A DNA stretch of 64,000 nt from Octopus bimaculoides (taxonomy: Eukaryota), in assembly GCF_001194135.2 (NCBI RefSeq), contig NC_068994.1:2914519-2978518 (forward strand), written 5' to 3'. The translations under genes were made by a program, and so were the position numbers. This document shows, in pieces, positions 25,617 through 38,990 of the stretch (position 1 is its first letter; each line of letters opens with the position of its first letter). Below the pieces are notes generated by a model. The model searched no databases. It was not told the origin of the DNA and saw nothing but the letters and a program-made list of their open reading frames with translations.

Positions 25617-27385
25617 GTAAGTTTTTCCACATTGCATTCTTACACTTACAATTTTTAGAAAAAATATAATTTTAAAATATTTCTTTAAAAAGTATTTCTT
25701 TCAGAAAATATACAAATTTAACTTTTTTCTTTTATTATCAGAAGATAGTAATAAGTTTAGTTTGTATCTCACAAGGTGCTCACTCATCAAACAAATATTT
25801 AAATAGTTATATTACATTTATGATGCTAAAATATGAGTACTAAGTTTTTATTTACAATCAGTAATCATTTATTAGTGCCCAGAAAACAAGGAAATTGCTT
25901 TTCTTTGAGTTATTGTCTGTGAAAAAATGTTATGCATTTAAAGAGAAGTGATTTCAGTATATTAATGCATAATATGATTTATTTAAAAGTAAAAGTAATT
26001 ATTTCATTTACTCTTATTAATAAAAGAGAAAATACTGAAAGCGGTACAAATTTGTCATTATTACTCAATTTAATACCTTGCTTTTCTATCTGTTCACTAT
26101 AGACAAATTTTCCTACAAAATTAAATTGGCACAGACTTTTCTCCCCCACTAACTTTTCACATTTTCACATGCCCATAAAACTTTGTGAATAAGTTTAGTT
26201 GATCATGCTAGTATATAACTGATATTTATTTTATCAACCATTGAAGGCTGAAAGTCAATCCTGGCAGGATTTGAACACAGAACATAAAGCAATATAACCA
26301 TATACTGTGAGGAATTTTTTTTTGGCTACCTCAACTTTCTTTCATATAAAAAAATATGAAGGCTTAGCAGTTTATATTGGCATAGTTCATGGATGAGAGA
26401 ACCAGTAGGGCATCAAACAAGATATTTCATGGTATTTAGTTATGTCCTTTCTGAAGTTTTGATTTTCATCCTTCTGAAACAAGTGCCAGTCAAATACTAA
26501 GTTTGATATAATAAACTACACCCTTGAAGGCATTCAATGACTAAAAGTAATTTTTAAAAATACGACTATACAAGGCATTGGGATTACCACTTTATTGTAT
26601 TATTTGATTAACTGAGAAACTAAGATAATATCTATATAACAATTATACTTAGTGAACCTAAAACTTATTTTTTAATATTTTTGGTCCTCATACTTAGTTG
26701 TGTTACTAACCTGGTTTTAATGAGCTGGTTCTCAGAGCAAAGAAGGTTGGTATAAAACTATTAATATAGATTCTTTGATGCAAAGATCCCTTTGTTAGTC
26801 AAATAAAACAATATCAGACATAGAAGTGTTTACCTACATCAGCGTCACATTAGATGCAATCCTTTAGCCACATTGAACACAAACAGCTAGTTGTACACAA
26901 GAAAATTAAATACAAGGAAATATAAATAATTGTTTATGATTGAGAATAATTAGCAAGGTCTAAGAGGTTCAACAAAGACTGTACAAGGCTCTGAGATGTT
27001 TGTTTTGTGTTGTTACCATGGGAATTCGTAATCACAGTAACTGTCACACTCAAGAGATGTTCAGATAACTAAACTAAAACAGGAACCTGCTTACTAGTCC
27101 AGGTAATGAAATATGTGGCTTGTATACATGGTTCCTTTCTTCCAAAGTGACACCATCCCAACACAGTACTACTTTATATATAAGAATCATTATTGATAAA
27201 ATGTATGAGTGATAGAAAATTTGAAAACAAAAACAAAAGGAGTGAATCCATTGTAAATTCTTGTCAATGCTATGTAAACAAAAAGTGTGGATGAATATAA
27301 TTTTAATTTATGACCAATAATTATTATTTTTCTTTCTTTTAGATCTCAAATTAAAGATTATACTGAACTCTAGTACAAACCAAAA

Positions 27386-29785
27386 ATGATAAGAAATATT
27401 CTTTCACTATATTTGCTAGACATGCTTCTGTTCTCTGTTGTGTCTTTAGACATTACCTACCATATCAATGAAGAAAACAACCCTCATGCCTACATAGGAG
27501 ATATTGCTGCTGATTCTAATATGTCACATTTTTTTAAACATCAACAACACAATCTTGTTACGTTTACACAATTACAAAGGAAGGTGTCAAGTGGCTCTCA
27601 TCTATTTAATGTCACCAACTTAGGGAAACTTTACACAACTCAGACACTGGATGCTGAGTCTTTGTGTACAATCAACAAAGAATGTTTTAAAATTGTTAGG
27701 ATAGCAGTTCGGAAAAGAAAAACTTATGTAAAGATTTTAAAAGTCAAAGTAATCATAAAAGACATCAATGATCATGGACCTGAGTTTCCAGAAAGTGAAA
27801 TAAACTTGCAATTTGATGAAAATGATCGGGAAGGAACTAAAAAGCCCATTCCAAATGCTATTGACAGAGATATTACCATTCAGAATTCTAGGATAGCTTA
27901 TGAACTGAAGGAAAATATAGATGACCCATTTTCATTGTCTCTTTCAAAAGACTATGATGGGACTTTCATACCTGAGATAGTTCTACAAGGTAAGTTGGAT
28001 AGAGAAAGAAAGAAACACTATATGTTAAAGCTGATTGCTAAAGATAATGGTATACCACCAAATGAAAATATTTTACATTTTCAGATATCTGTAACTGACT
28101 CTAATGATAATAAACCATTATTTTCTCAAAAAGTATATAACATTTCAATAATGAATAAACACCCCAAATCAAAACCAATTTTAGTTTTAGAAGCCACAGA
28201 TTTAGATTCAGGGACAAACGGAAAGATTGCCTTTAATTATAGTCCCAAAACACCAATTGAAATAAGAAAATATTTTGAGTTGAAAAAGGCATCTGGAGAA
28301 CTGTTTGTAAATGAGTACTTCAAAATAGATACCAAAAAATCTTACAAGCTGTTTGTTGAGGCTAAAGATGGAGGGAAACCTCCCTTAAGTTCAACAACAG
28401 TGATTTTAATTTCTAAAGAAAGCAATCATAATATTGCTCCAAAAATTGATATAGACTTTGTGTTTCCTTTGTCAGAAAGTTCGACTGCTCTTTTAGAAGA
28501 CATTAAAGTTGGTAGTTTTATTGCTTATGTCATAATTACTGACAATGATATCGAAGAAAATGGACAGATTAATTGTAATTTGGAACATGAAACCTTTGGA
28601 ATATTTGAAATGGGTTCACATGAATATAAAATGACCACAAAATGTCCTCTTGACAGAGAAACAAAAGATCGCTATGATATTGTACTTGTTTGCCAGGATA
28701 TGGGATTTCCACCACTCAAATCAGAAAAACAATTTTCTATTGAAGTACTTGATGTCAATGATGTAGAGCCACATTTTACCAAAGAGACATTCCAATTCCT
28801 CACCTATGAAAACCAGAAAGTTGACTTCCCTATTGGCTTCATTAATGCTACAGACCCTGATCTTGGAGATGGAGGCCAACTTACATATTCTATCATCAAT
28901 GATAACAACAATGATAACATTCCATTCCAACTGACAAAATATGGATTTATTTCTACATCACAACCAATAGATCGAGAAATGAAAGACATCTACAAGTTCC
29001 AGGTCTTAGTGAAAGATAATGGAACACCTTCACTGAATGACACTGCTAATATTGTTATTGAGATTCTAGATAAAAATGATAATGCTCCGTATTTTACGTT
29101 TCCTAATAATGACCCTTACAATCTAGATGTCCACTACCATCCACACAGTAAGAAGGACATCACAATTCTGAAAGCATCTGACAAAGACACTGGAAACAAT
29201 GCTTTCCTCACATATGGAATATTAAAATCTAACGATAAAAACATGCTTACAGTAAATTCTTACACTGGGGTATTATCATTCTCTCGTATAATTAATATAA
29301 ATGATGCTGGAACGTATGAGCTACAGTTCATGGTGAAAGACAGTGGTACTCCAGTTCAATCAGCAACAACTGTTATCATGCTAACACTGCATGTTAGTAA
29401 TGATACATTTCCAATGCAAGCTGCAACCCATCTCTTATCTGGCAATGACTTAAACATAATTTGGGTAATAATCATTGTTGCAGCAGCAGTAATATTATCT
29501 GTGGGTATTGTAGTTTGCTTAACAATGTGTGTTTTCAGATGTATTAATCACATTAAAAGTTCACCTTCAACTTCAGATAATCATAAAATCTTGACAGGCT
29601 CTAAGATGAGGTCAATGCCATATGAAACTAAAAATCCTGTTGCATTTACAAGAAATACAGAAGACACATATAACAGAAATTGTCAGACAATGAGCTCAAA
29701 AAGTCATTATTACCCTGAGATGGAAAAGACTATCAATGAATGCAAATTTTCAGCAACAGCTAGAAAACTTCCACCAATTCCACAG
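27386..29785 (+). CDS. Protocadherin B, large exon (800 codons)
   Basis: 811-aa ORF with six cadherin repeats, TM IWVIIIVAAAVILSVGIVVCLTMCVF, RKLPPIPQ then donor ccacag|gttggt; acceptor ttctttag at 27342. Confidence 0.95.
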
Positions 29786-30334
29786 GTTGGTAAAATTTAT
29801 AACATTCATTTTATAGCTTAAATTCCCAGACATTTTAACCTCATTCTATATTTTTTAAGATTTACATTATATTTTAATTAATTTAATCCCTGAGCATATC
29901 ATGTACTACATTCCAAATATAGATGCATTTTTAAGGCTTAATCAGAGTGTTTATTTCTAATACTGAGTTTCAGACTTTTAACAACTGTGCCTCTACCCCA
30001 ACTTTTGAAATATGATACCACTTGAAACAATGTACAGCATGCATATGATATATGAAATTAATAGTACAGAAAATTTAATCATTACCACAATAACACATAC
30101 CAAAAATATAAACATATTTCTCAGATTTTTAGTTATATCTACCCTAGTTTCAAGGAATTAAAACAATGATATAGTTGTATATATCATATTTCTAAAACTA
30201 ACAAACTAGTCAAGACTAGACCAAGTCCCATTCATTTGGATTAAAATTTAGACTATGTTTGAATAATGACATAGCAGGTCAGTAAAAAATCAGGAAATAC
30301 CATTTCAAACAAAAATAAAAGAAACCTACTATTA

Positions 30335-33300
30335 TATAGGGCAACAAAAAAAAAATTTTGTCATGCTATTTAAACTTTTTCAGCTGATTTAAAGTAACTT
30401 TAGGGTGCTGAATCCGAATCTGACATCAGTTTTCAGACAGCATGTGTAGTTTTTTAGTTATTCACAGCATCAGATTTTCCAACCAATTGATTTTCATTCA
30501 TATACTCATCATTAAAACAAAAATAAGTGCTGATAGAGGGAAATGTAAGCTACCTGTTAAATTAAGGCAGTGGGGGCTAGAGGCTTCATTGAAAGAAAAA
30601 TGACAACGCTATTCAAGAGAAGATTTGCGTTTTCAAACTCAGAACTGAGAAAACTGATAAGGAGGATACAGGAGGCGGTCGAAAAAGCCAGCGTCTATAT
30701 ATGGCTGAAGCGGGAAGACCGAATATGGCTTGAAAGTCATAACATGTCTAGGTGAGACAGGCTGACACTGAAGTGGCTTCGCACCCTCCATTGTCAGTTA
30801 AAGTTCAGACAGTGTCATGTGACAACTTGCTGGGGCTACTTGCTGGACCCTAGCAGCGGGAAATTTAGACAGTGTCACGTGACAACTAGCTGGGGCTGCC
30901 TGCTGGAGCCTAGCAGCAGATATAAAAAGGAGAACTTGACATGATGATCAGTCGGACACTGACACTCGTTGATGCTTCATCGAAGAGGCCAGGGAATAGA
31001 AGAAAGAAGACATGCACCCAATACCAGAGCTGAAGACACCTCCGAAAGGAGGGGCCCCGCCACGTCAAAACGGTAGAGGAGTAGGGGCCGAAACCGGACG
31101 TGGTTCCTCCTAATGATGTCTTGAGCTAACTGGATCCTATAAAGGAGCTGTTGTGGTAGCAGACCACGAAACATGGTTGAAATTCCCCACCCAAAATGAG
31201 AATTTCTTTTACTTTGTTATCACTGTAATTATAGTAAAGTTATCCTCACACTAGGCTATTGATATTAGGTTATAGTAAGTCACTCAGACTCCCTTTTCTT
31301 GATAACTGCTAGTGCTATTAAAACAAAGTACATTAAATAAGAGAGCCAGGTTATATGAAAAGTAGTTTAGTAGTAAGTTTAGTCATTTATTAAAATGATC
31401 AATGTTTGAAATTTAGAGATGGAAAAAACTGTTTCGTGATAACCATAGCTTCAGTACATTCTATAATAATTTCAATGATTTTTTTTTGAGAAATATATTT
31501 TGATGTTTTACAGTAACATTTACAGTTAATTTCATATTTTAGTTTACTGATAGGTTTCCTTGATTGTTGATTTAGGTTATTACTGTATATATTTATGATG
31601 AGCAGAAAAGTTTGTGTTAATCACTTGGACAGCTTTTGTTATGTGTGTAGAAAATTTACACTATAAGATCAGAGAAATAAGCTTACAAAGAAATTTTAAA
31701 ATGCTTACAAGCTTCACTTTGGGTGCAAAGTTGGGGACCAAGATAAACTGTGGGAACCTCATGTTTGTTGCAAAAACTGCTACATAGCACTAACCCAATG
31801 ACTGAAATGGTAAATGGAAAAGTATGCCATTTGCAGTACCAATGATGTGGCATGAACCAACAAACCACTACACTGATTGTTATTTCTGCTTAATTTATAT
31901 CACAGGTTTCTCAAAAAAAAAAACAAATCCAAGATTGTTTATCCAGATTGCCCTTCAGCTTTAAAACCATTTGCTCATGCTGTTGAAAATATTCCAATTC
32001 CAGAACCTCCTTCATCTTTTGACAAAGATACTTTAAGTGAAGAAAGTACTGCATCTACTTCAATTGAAGGCATGCCGAGTGATACAGCAGATCACTGAGA
32101 TAAACCAGGATCTTCAAAAAAAGTTCCTCATTCATTAAGTCAACTTGAGTTAAATGATTTAGTTAGAGACTTGGGTTTAGCAAAAGAAAAGTCAGAATCT
32201 TTTACACGATGTTGTATAATGCTCATATTTTCGAAAATGGCATACAGAATTGCATGAATTTTTTACAGAGAAACAGGGTATTTGTTTTTGTTGTGATGTT
32301 GAAGGACTCCTATGTGAGATGGGGTACAGCCATAATCCTGAAGGATGGAGATTCTTCATAGATTCCAGCAAAGTAAGTCTAACAGCTGTTTTACTGCATA
32401 ATGGCAATCAAAAATCTTCAATACCACTAGCACATGCTGTTGGATAAAAGGAAACTTAATGAATCAATGAATCAATTTTGCACTTGATTAAATATTCTGA
32501 GCACAAGTGGAATATATGTGAGGACTTGAAAGTTATTGGTTTGCAAATGGAGTATACAAAGCATCAAAGCTTTTTGTGCCTTTGGAACAGCAGAAATGAC
32601 AAGCATCACTATGATCAAAAAGAGTGGCCAAAGAGAAGTGATTTCACTCCAGGGAGATACAACGTTAAATATATTCCTTTAGTTGACCCTCAGAAAATAT
32701 ACCTTCCTCCCTTACACATTAAACTTGGCTTGTTTAAGAATTTTGTTAAGGTCATGAATGAAAACAGTGAAGGATTCAAATATCTCAGTGAAAAATTTGT
32801 TTTTAGCAAGAGTGAAGCTTAGATCGAATCTGGTGTTTTTAATGAACTAGAAATTCACACACTAATTTGTGAAGAGCTTTTTCAAGAAAAATTAATCCCA
32901 ATAGAGAAAACTGCTTGGGAAAAGTTTGTTTCTCTTGGAAAAAAATTTTGGGAAATGAAAAATCATTTAACTCCATTGCAATTGTGAATGATTTTTTGAA
33001 AGCTTATAAGTAACTTGGGGCAAGAATGTCTCTAAAAATTCATTTTCTCCACTCTCATCTTTACTTTTTTCCACCCAATATGGGTGATGTAAGCGATGAG
33101 CATGGTGAATGATTTCATCAAGAAATCAATGAGTTAAAAAGCCACTACAGTGGCAGACTTACACCAAACATACGGACGGACTACTGCTGGTTTTTAAAAC
33201 GAGAAACGGACATGCAACATAAGCATAAGAAAAGACACCAAAGCTATTTTTAAAACGCATAAAATTAATAATATTCACTTTACACTTTTGCTTTGTTTTA

Positions 33301-33549
33301 TTGGTTTTAAAACTATTTGTCCACCTAGTTGCAATTGTTCTTATATCAAATAATGGTAATTTATGCTTGACATAACATTTTATTTGCCATGAATTTTCAC
33401 ACTATTGTAATTTTGATAGCAGTATAATAATGATAGCAAAGAAACGGGACATGCTAGAGCAAAAATGATTGCAGATTCAAAATCAGCACTCCCAAAATAC
33501 GTATGAGCTCCATTTCATCTAATAGTAGCAAAACTTTTGTTGCCTAGTG
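30335..33549 (+). mobile_element. Decayed Chapaev3-type (CMC) DNA transposon
   Basis: Imperfect TIRs (tatagggcaacaaaa...gtgctgaatccgaatctg / gcagattcaaaatcagcac...ttttgttgcctagtg) flanked by TTA on both sides; broken transposase with FCYVC...GDQDK.W.PH.CC..C, VPMMWHEP...DCYFC, FIDSSK.SL.AVLLHNG, LPPLHIKLGLFKNFVK and DVSDEHGE*FHQE. Family assignment is from recalled motifs. Confidence 0.8.
30560..31190 (+). mobile_element. 5'-truncated non-LTR retroelement with a restriction-like endonuclease C-terminus (HERO/NeSL-like), nested in the transposon; boundaries approximate
   Basis: ORF 30570-30755 GARGFIE...EAVEKASVYIWLKRED resembles the EVG.RGF...AE.AS.WIW.KR end of REL ORFs; GC-richer 3' UTR with an internal ~50-bp duplication (30808-30855, 30868-30916). 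Confidence 0.6.
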
Positions 33550-33614
33550 TTATGAAAGAGATCTAATAAATATACCAATTAAAATACCATACTAAATGTT
33601 TCTTTTAACTTCAG

Positions 33615-33777
33615 CCTATTGATCAGCCAAGTAAGGAATCTTCTGATGAGCATGGAGAAAATATATCTACTAAGAGTATCAATTATATGAGTAATACATT
33701 GCCATGCCAATGGCCTTCTGAAAGTACCTGGGATGAAAGATATACAAGAAATTTCAGTGATATTTCTATTACATCAG
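33615..33777 (+). CDS. Protocadherin B penultimate cytoplasmic exon
   Basis: acttcag acceptor; PIDQPSKESSDEHGENISTKSINYMSNTLPCQWPSESTWDERYTRNFSDISITS; 163 bp, phase 0 to 1; donor tcag|gtaatt. Confidence 0.82.
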
Positions 33778-34380
33778 GTAATTTGTGAATTATATTCTAT
33801 TTTTAAAGAGTTCTGTATGATCTTTAGCATTTCTCTTAGTTGTAATTAATTTCAAATGATTAATGTGAAAATTGTAAAGTTCAAAATGAGTACTTTGACA
33901 TAATGATAGAGTTTGATACTACAAAAGTAGTATACAACTACATTAGATTCATAAGAATAAATTTTGTTTGGTACAAAGGTGATCTAACATATTATTTCAT
34001 ATTTGTTTATTCACAAACTCTCATTGCACTTTAACATCTTCTGCTGCCTGATAGGTGTTAGTATGTAAGAGAATAAGTTTACAAACCAGACTGCTAGCAC
34101 TCAGTACCAAAACATATGCGTATGTAATATATTACATATATTTTTATTTAATCTAAGGATTGACAGTATCCATTGATTCTGCCAGCTCTCATACACTGAT
34201 GAAACGGATGAGGCTAATACTCAGCTTGAACTTCTGTAGATTACTGTCAGAATACAGCAGTTCTGGGAAGAAAGAATTGCGTGAAATGATTTGTAGAAAA
34301 TTTTCTTAAAAATAATTGGCTAAAATATGTAATCCAATGATTTGAGCATAAGTTTTTTTATTTTATTTTATATTTTACAG

Positions 34381-34472
34381 AGTTTGATGAATCTAAACCA
34401 GATGTTCCTCCAAAACCAAATCTTCTACAAAACCAAGATACATATTTAGAGCCAATGTATCTAACAAAATAA
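34381..34472 (+). CDS. Protocadherin B terminal exon
   Basis: ttttacag acceptor; (E)FDESKPDVPPKPNLLQNQDTYLEPMYLTK*; keeps TYLEP. Confidence 0.85.
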
Positions 34473-35579
34473 CTTTATTTGAATTCTTTGATGTCATGAA
34501 GATATGTCAAGAAATTATGAAATTCCATACAGATAGTATTGCTGATATTTCTAAATGATACATTTGATACATAGGAATACTCTTAGATTTATAGATATTT
34601 TATCAAAATTCTGTTAAAAAACAATCGTCTTAAGATGTAACCAAGCACTACATAAGTTTTAGTTCTTTATACACTGTATAATTGAAGCACCAAGGTAAAA
34701 TTAAAAGAACACAAGTTATCAAATGGAACATTTATAGCATCTTCTGCTCTAAATGCTTAATATTTTATAAATGGGAAATCTTTAAAGCCTTTCCATTTAT
34801 ATTTTCATATATTACAAAATTGAATGCTTTAGAAATTAAGAATATAGCCCCAAAACAAATTCAATTATTTCCTCTTCTGGTAGATCAAAACATTACAATT
34901 AGCACTCCTATTTTCCTACCCTAGGCAAAATATTGTACTTTTCTCTAATCTCAGCTAAGTTCCCAGCATCCGGTGTCACCTTTCTCTTTTCCATTTGGTT
35001 TCTAGTTACAGCAGTGTATAATTCACAAATAAATTTAATTCACTGATTGAAATGTACACTCTCTGAATGTCCAAGAATAGGATGGAAAATAGAAATTTGA
35101 ATGTCCAAGTACGATATATCACATTACTTAATGAAATAAGTATTTCGTTCTTTCAAAAGTGAAAAATCTTCAACACATTCCACCCTCTATAGACAGGGTA
35201 AAAAGTACATCAATCATTTCAAATATTTTCAGAACATTTCTTTCATTATATGACACTGATTATCATTGCTTTTTAATAAATTTAAATATAAATATTCTCG
35301 TGATTGACGAATGTATTTTGATATATTAAAAACTAATTTGAGATTTTAGTTTTACATAGAGTTCAAGTTTAAAACTTTCATTGCATAGTTATAGGAAATT
35401 CTATACTTCAAATCGAAAAAGCGAGTTATATTGAGTAGAAAAGGCATTATTTACAGTCAGCTTCTTTCTACAATAATTGAGTAACGATGAGGAGAATGCA
35501 TATAGGAATAAAAACAATATAACGTTATAAATCACGTAAGTTCCAAAGGAAATAACCCAGACGACACCCCCGTAGTTGG

Positions 35580-35716
35580 TTCATGGAATACACAGCAGCT
35601 GGAGCAGTCTGTTAGATAGTTACGCCTGCTATTGTGCCAATAGTTACAGTGGACTACCTGTTAAGAGGCTCTAATTACAAAGAACATTAGCAACACTAAT
35701 AAATTAATCAAACAAG
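35580..35716 (+). other. Putative first exon of unit C (start approximate)
   Basis: Strong donor aag|gtaagt at 35716/35717, 1.24 kb after the gene B stop, the same spacing as other units; weak motif sharing. Confidence 0.4.
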
Positions 35717-38059
35717 GTAAGTTTTTTCAACAGTACTATTCAGAATTATCTTTCATAACAAACCAGTAAGCCGATGATAATGGTTTGGTTTTAGAAATCA
35801 ATTTGCTTAAACTGGAATACTGAAAGTACTTTTAGAAATAAAACATAATACTTAGAAAACTGTTCAGATAAGAAACCCTAGATTTGTTACATAACTTTGA
35901 TGCGGCGAGGTTTGGAAAGAAATACATTTTTTGAAACTACTCAAAAACTTCATAGACTATATTAAATAACTAGCAAGGTGTTAGTATAGCATCTCCAAGG
36001 CATTAGTATTAGTCATTGTTTTACGATGATAAATAAAACTTTGAAGAAAATTGAAACCTGACGAGCCAATTGCGTACGTTTAAATGCAAGTGATGTTTTC
36101 GCAATCGAATATGTCAAATTATAAAGAAAATAAAGCAAATTTTATTAAATATAAACACGATTCTTTTGAAAATGCTCACAATTTACTTTCACTTTCCACC
36201 GCTTTCTATACATAAGTTTATTTTATTTTTAAGTTACAAACTTTCTAAATGTAATTACAAATAAAAAATGAAAATTCAGGTAAATAAACTTCTGTACAAT
36301 ATTGCCCAAATCCTGAGAGGGTGCTTTTGAATCATCTTCGGGTCGCGTCAAAATTACACGATATATCTGACGTGCTGGGACAATGGACAGCATCGCAAAA
36401 TTTTCGGCGATTAGAAAACTTTATCTCAGAATTTTACCATTTTCAGATTAAAGCTAAACATTACCTATTTTGAACCTGAGTAGTTCTATTTAACGGCTAT
36501 ACAATCTTTATTTGTTTATATCTTATGTATTTTGCTTTCTCATTTAAAAAGCACTAGTGTATTCATTCTCATACTTTTTGAAGGATTGAGTACTATGGCA
36601 TGAGTCTGTGAAATTGTCCAGTATAATTAAACAACCAGACTTATCCACACTCAATATTTTTTAAAATATATGCTGTCGACTTTTTTGAGAAACAGACAGT
36701 GAATCGGCTACTTTGACTCTTAATTGGAAAACTGTTGTCATTGATGTGCCACAATTAGTATGACAAGTTTATTTACCATGCTGAAAGAAGCAAGCTATGG
36801 TCACGATGTAATGATCTCTAAGTCGCATCAATCATCAAATAGAGGAATTTGATTATTGGTCAAATTGAATTCCATAAGAGAGAGACAAGTGATGACGTTC
36901 CTATTCGATGTGTGTTTGTGTGTGTGTGCGCTTGTTTCGATATCGATCCGTTTATGTCATTTTTCCCGAATCTCTATATATACTGAATAATTCGCTATTT
37001 TCCCGTTATTAGGAGCAAACTTATTTTTCCTAATTATGTCTGCGGCAAAAACAAAATTGGAAAAAGAATATTAGAAAACAGAAACAAATTGAGTTTCAAG
37101 TGATTAGCGTTTCTCATTAAAAGATGTTGGCTATATTTTGTTTTGACTTGAAAAGCTGTCATCTAGGTTCGTTAATTTCAGTAATTTTTTTTTATTTACT
37201 TACTTCTGTTTTAAAGTGAAAGAGAGGAGAAAGTGAAAAATGTATATACGCGGATATGAAATGGATGTGTGTATGTGAGGGAGAGGGGGGGGGAGAAAGA
37301 AAAGGGGTGTGTCATGTATATGTACATACATCAATACATATGCACACATCGTTTTGTATGTATATGTGCGTTGTGAGCAATTCACTCGAATATACCCCCT
37401 ATTCATTTGAGACCTCGTGCCATGCATTTAAAGAAAATAAATAAATAAATGACTATTGTAGAACAACGCTAGTTTCATAATATTCTGTTGTTACTCACAA
37501 AAAAAAAACCAGATCGATGACGTTCATTATTTAACTCCCAGAAGCTTTGGTGCCCGACCCAATTTTAACTCTCAAATGAAGCATTTTAACACATTGCTCC
37601 CTTTTTAATTTTCATAGAGAAACTAGATTTACAATAATCCTTCAAAATCGACCGCCACTTTTCTGCGGGATGTGTAGCACACAGCTGCTACAACCCTTTT
37701 TCTTGTTTCTTCGTTCTCCATCGCTTTCTACTCTTCCTCCTTGTGCCTTTCTTCTCCACATCAAATCTACAAAGTGGAGCGTCCTCGTAAAAGTCCTTTG
37801 AATGCACTTAAGTTGAATCCACGACTTATATCAAATTTGAATTATCGCTGAAAATGCTTGATTTTTACCTGTAAACGATATAAAAAAAAATTTTAAACCG
37901 TCAAGTCTTGTTTTTGTTAATGACTCTACCAATGACATATTAATTGATAAATTCAGCTGAACTGTTAAACCGAAGTTCCAACTAGTATTTACAATACTAT
38001 ATTTCTATTGGTATGCTATTTTATTTTCGGCATACAATAGGCGCAGGCGTGACTGTGTG

Positions 38060-38350
38060 GTAAGAAACTTGCTTCGGGCCTCAGGTCGACTAAATGAATA
38101 GATTTGGTAGACGGAAACTGAAAGAAGTCCGTCGTGTATGTATGAATAATGTGTGTCTTTGTATCTGTCTCCCAGCACCGCTTGACAACCGGTGTTGTGT
38201 TTAAATCCCCGTATCTTGGAGGTTTGGCAAAAGTACCGGTAGAATAAGTACCAGGCTTTAAAAAAAATAAGTACTGGGGTCGATTCATTTAACTAAAAAT
38301 TCTTCAAAGGCGGTGCCCCAGCATGACCGAAGTCTAATGACTGAAACAAA
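38060..38350 (+). mobile_element. SINE family B copy
   Basis: gatttggtagacggaaactgaaagaagtccgtcg...cgcttgacaaccggtgtt...gcggtgccccagcatgacc...atgactgaaacaaaa; reverse complement of 44295-44622. Confidence 0.75.
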
Positions 38351-38419
38351 AAGAAAACAAAAAGAAACCTACACATGTGTGTCCCTCACCCCCACTTTGT
38401 TTCCTCATGACTTCCAAGG

Positions 38420-38990
38420 AAAATGGATATTTTTAATGAAATTTTCTACAAATACGCTTCAGACAGATTAGATTCCAATATGATTGTAACTTACACACTG
38501 AAAGATATTGGTAGGAAATTTGGTTAATGTTTACATCTTGACCCGGAAATGAAAATCCCCCCCCTCCCAAAAAATACTGGAATGGGTGTAAAACAATGTG
38601 TAGAAAACGAATATGAAAAACAATGCGCGCAAAGCAATAGGAGGGTGGGGAGAGGACTTCGAAAAATTCACAAGAGCCGAGCTTTTTCCTCATAACTTTT
38701 AGGAAAATGGGGTTTTTTTCAATGAAATTTTATAGAAATACCTTTCAAACGGCATACATTTCGATTATAAAGAAATTTGTGGGAAAAATCTTTTCTAAGG
38801 GGTTGGGGAGAGGACTTGGGAAAATTCTCAAAATCCGAGTTTTTCCCTCATAGCTTTTAAGGAAATAGTTTTTTTTTTCAATGAAATTTTATATGAATAC
38901 CTTTTAACGGCATACATTATGACTATAAAGTAATTTGTGGGGGAAATCTTTTCCAAAGGGTGGGGAGAGGACTTCGGAAAATTAATTTTT
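38420..38990. repeat. ~158-bp tandem repeat, about 3 copies, with a dispersed relative at ~42720-42960
   Basis: ggggagaggactt at 38647, 38805 and 38962; recurring aatgaaatttt.ta..aatac.tt. Confidence 0.75.

Noticed and set aside
31090-31185. Hammerhead-like words ctaatga...gtggtagcagaccac gaaac
   Set aside because: The CUGANGA-like box is not adjacent to the hairpin and no stems I or III were found.
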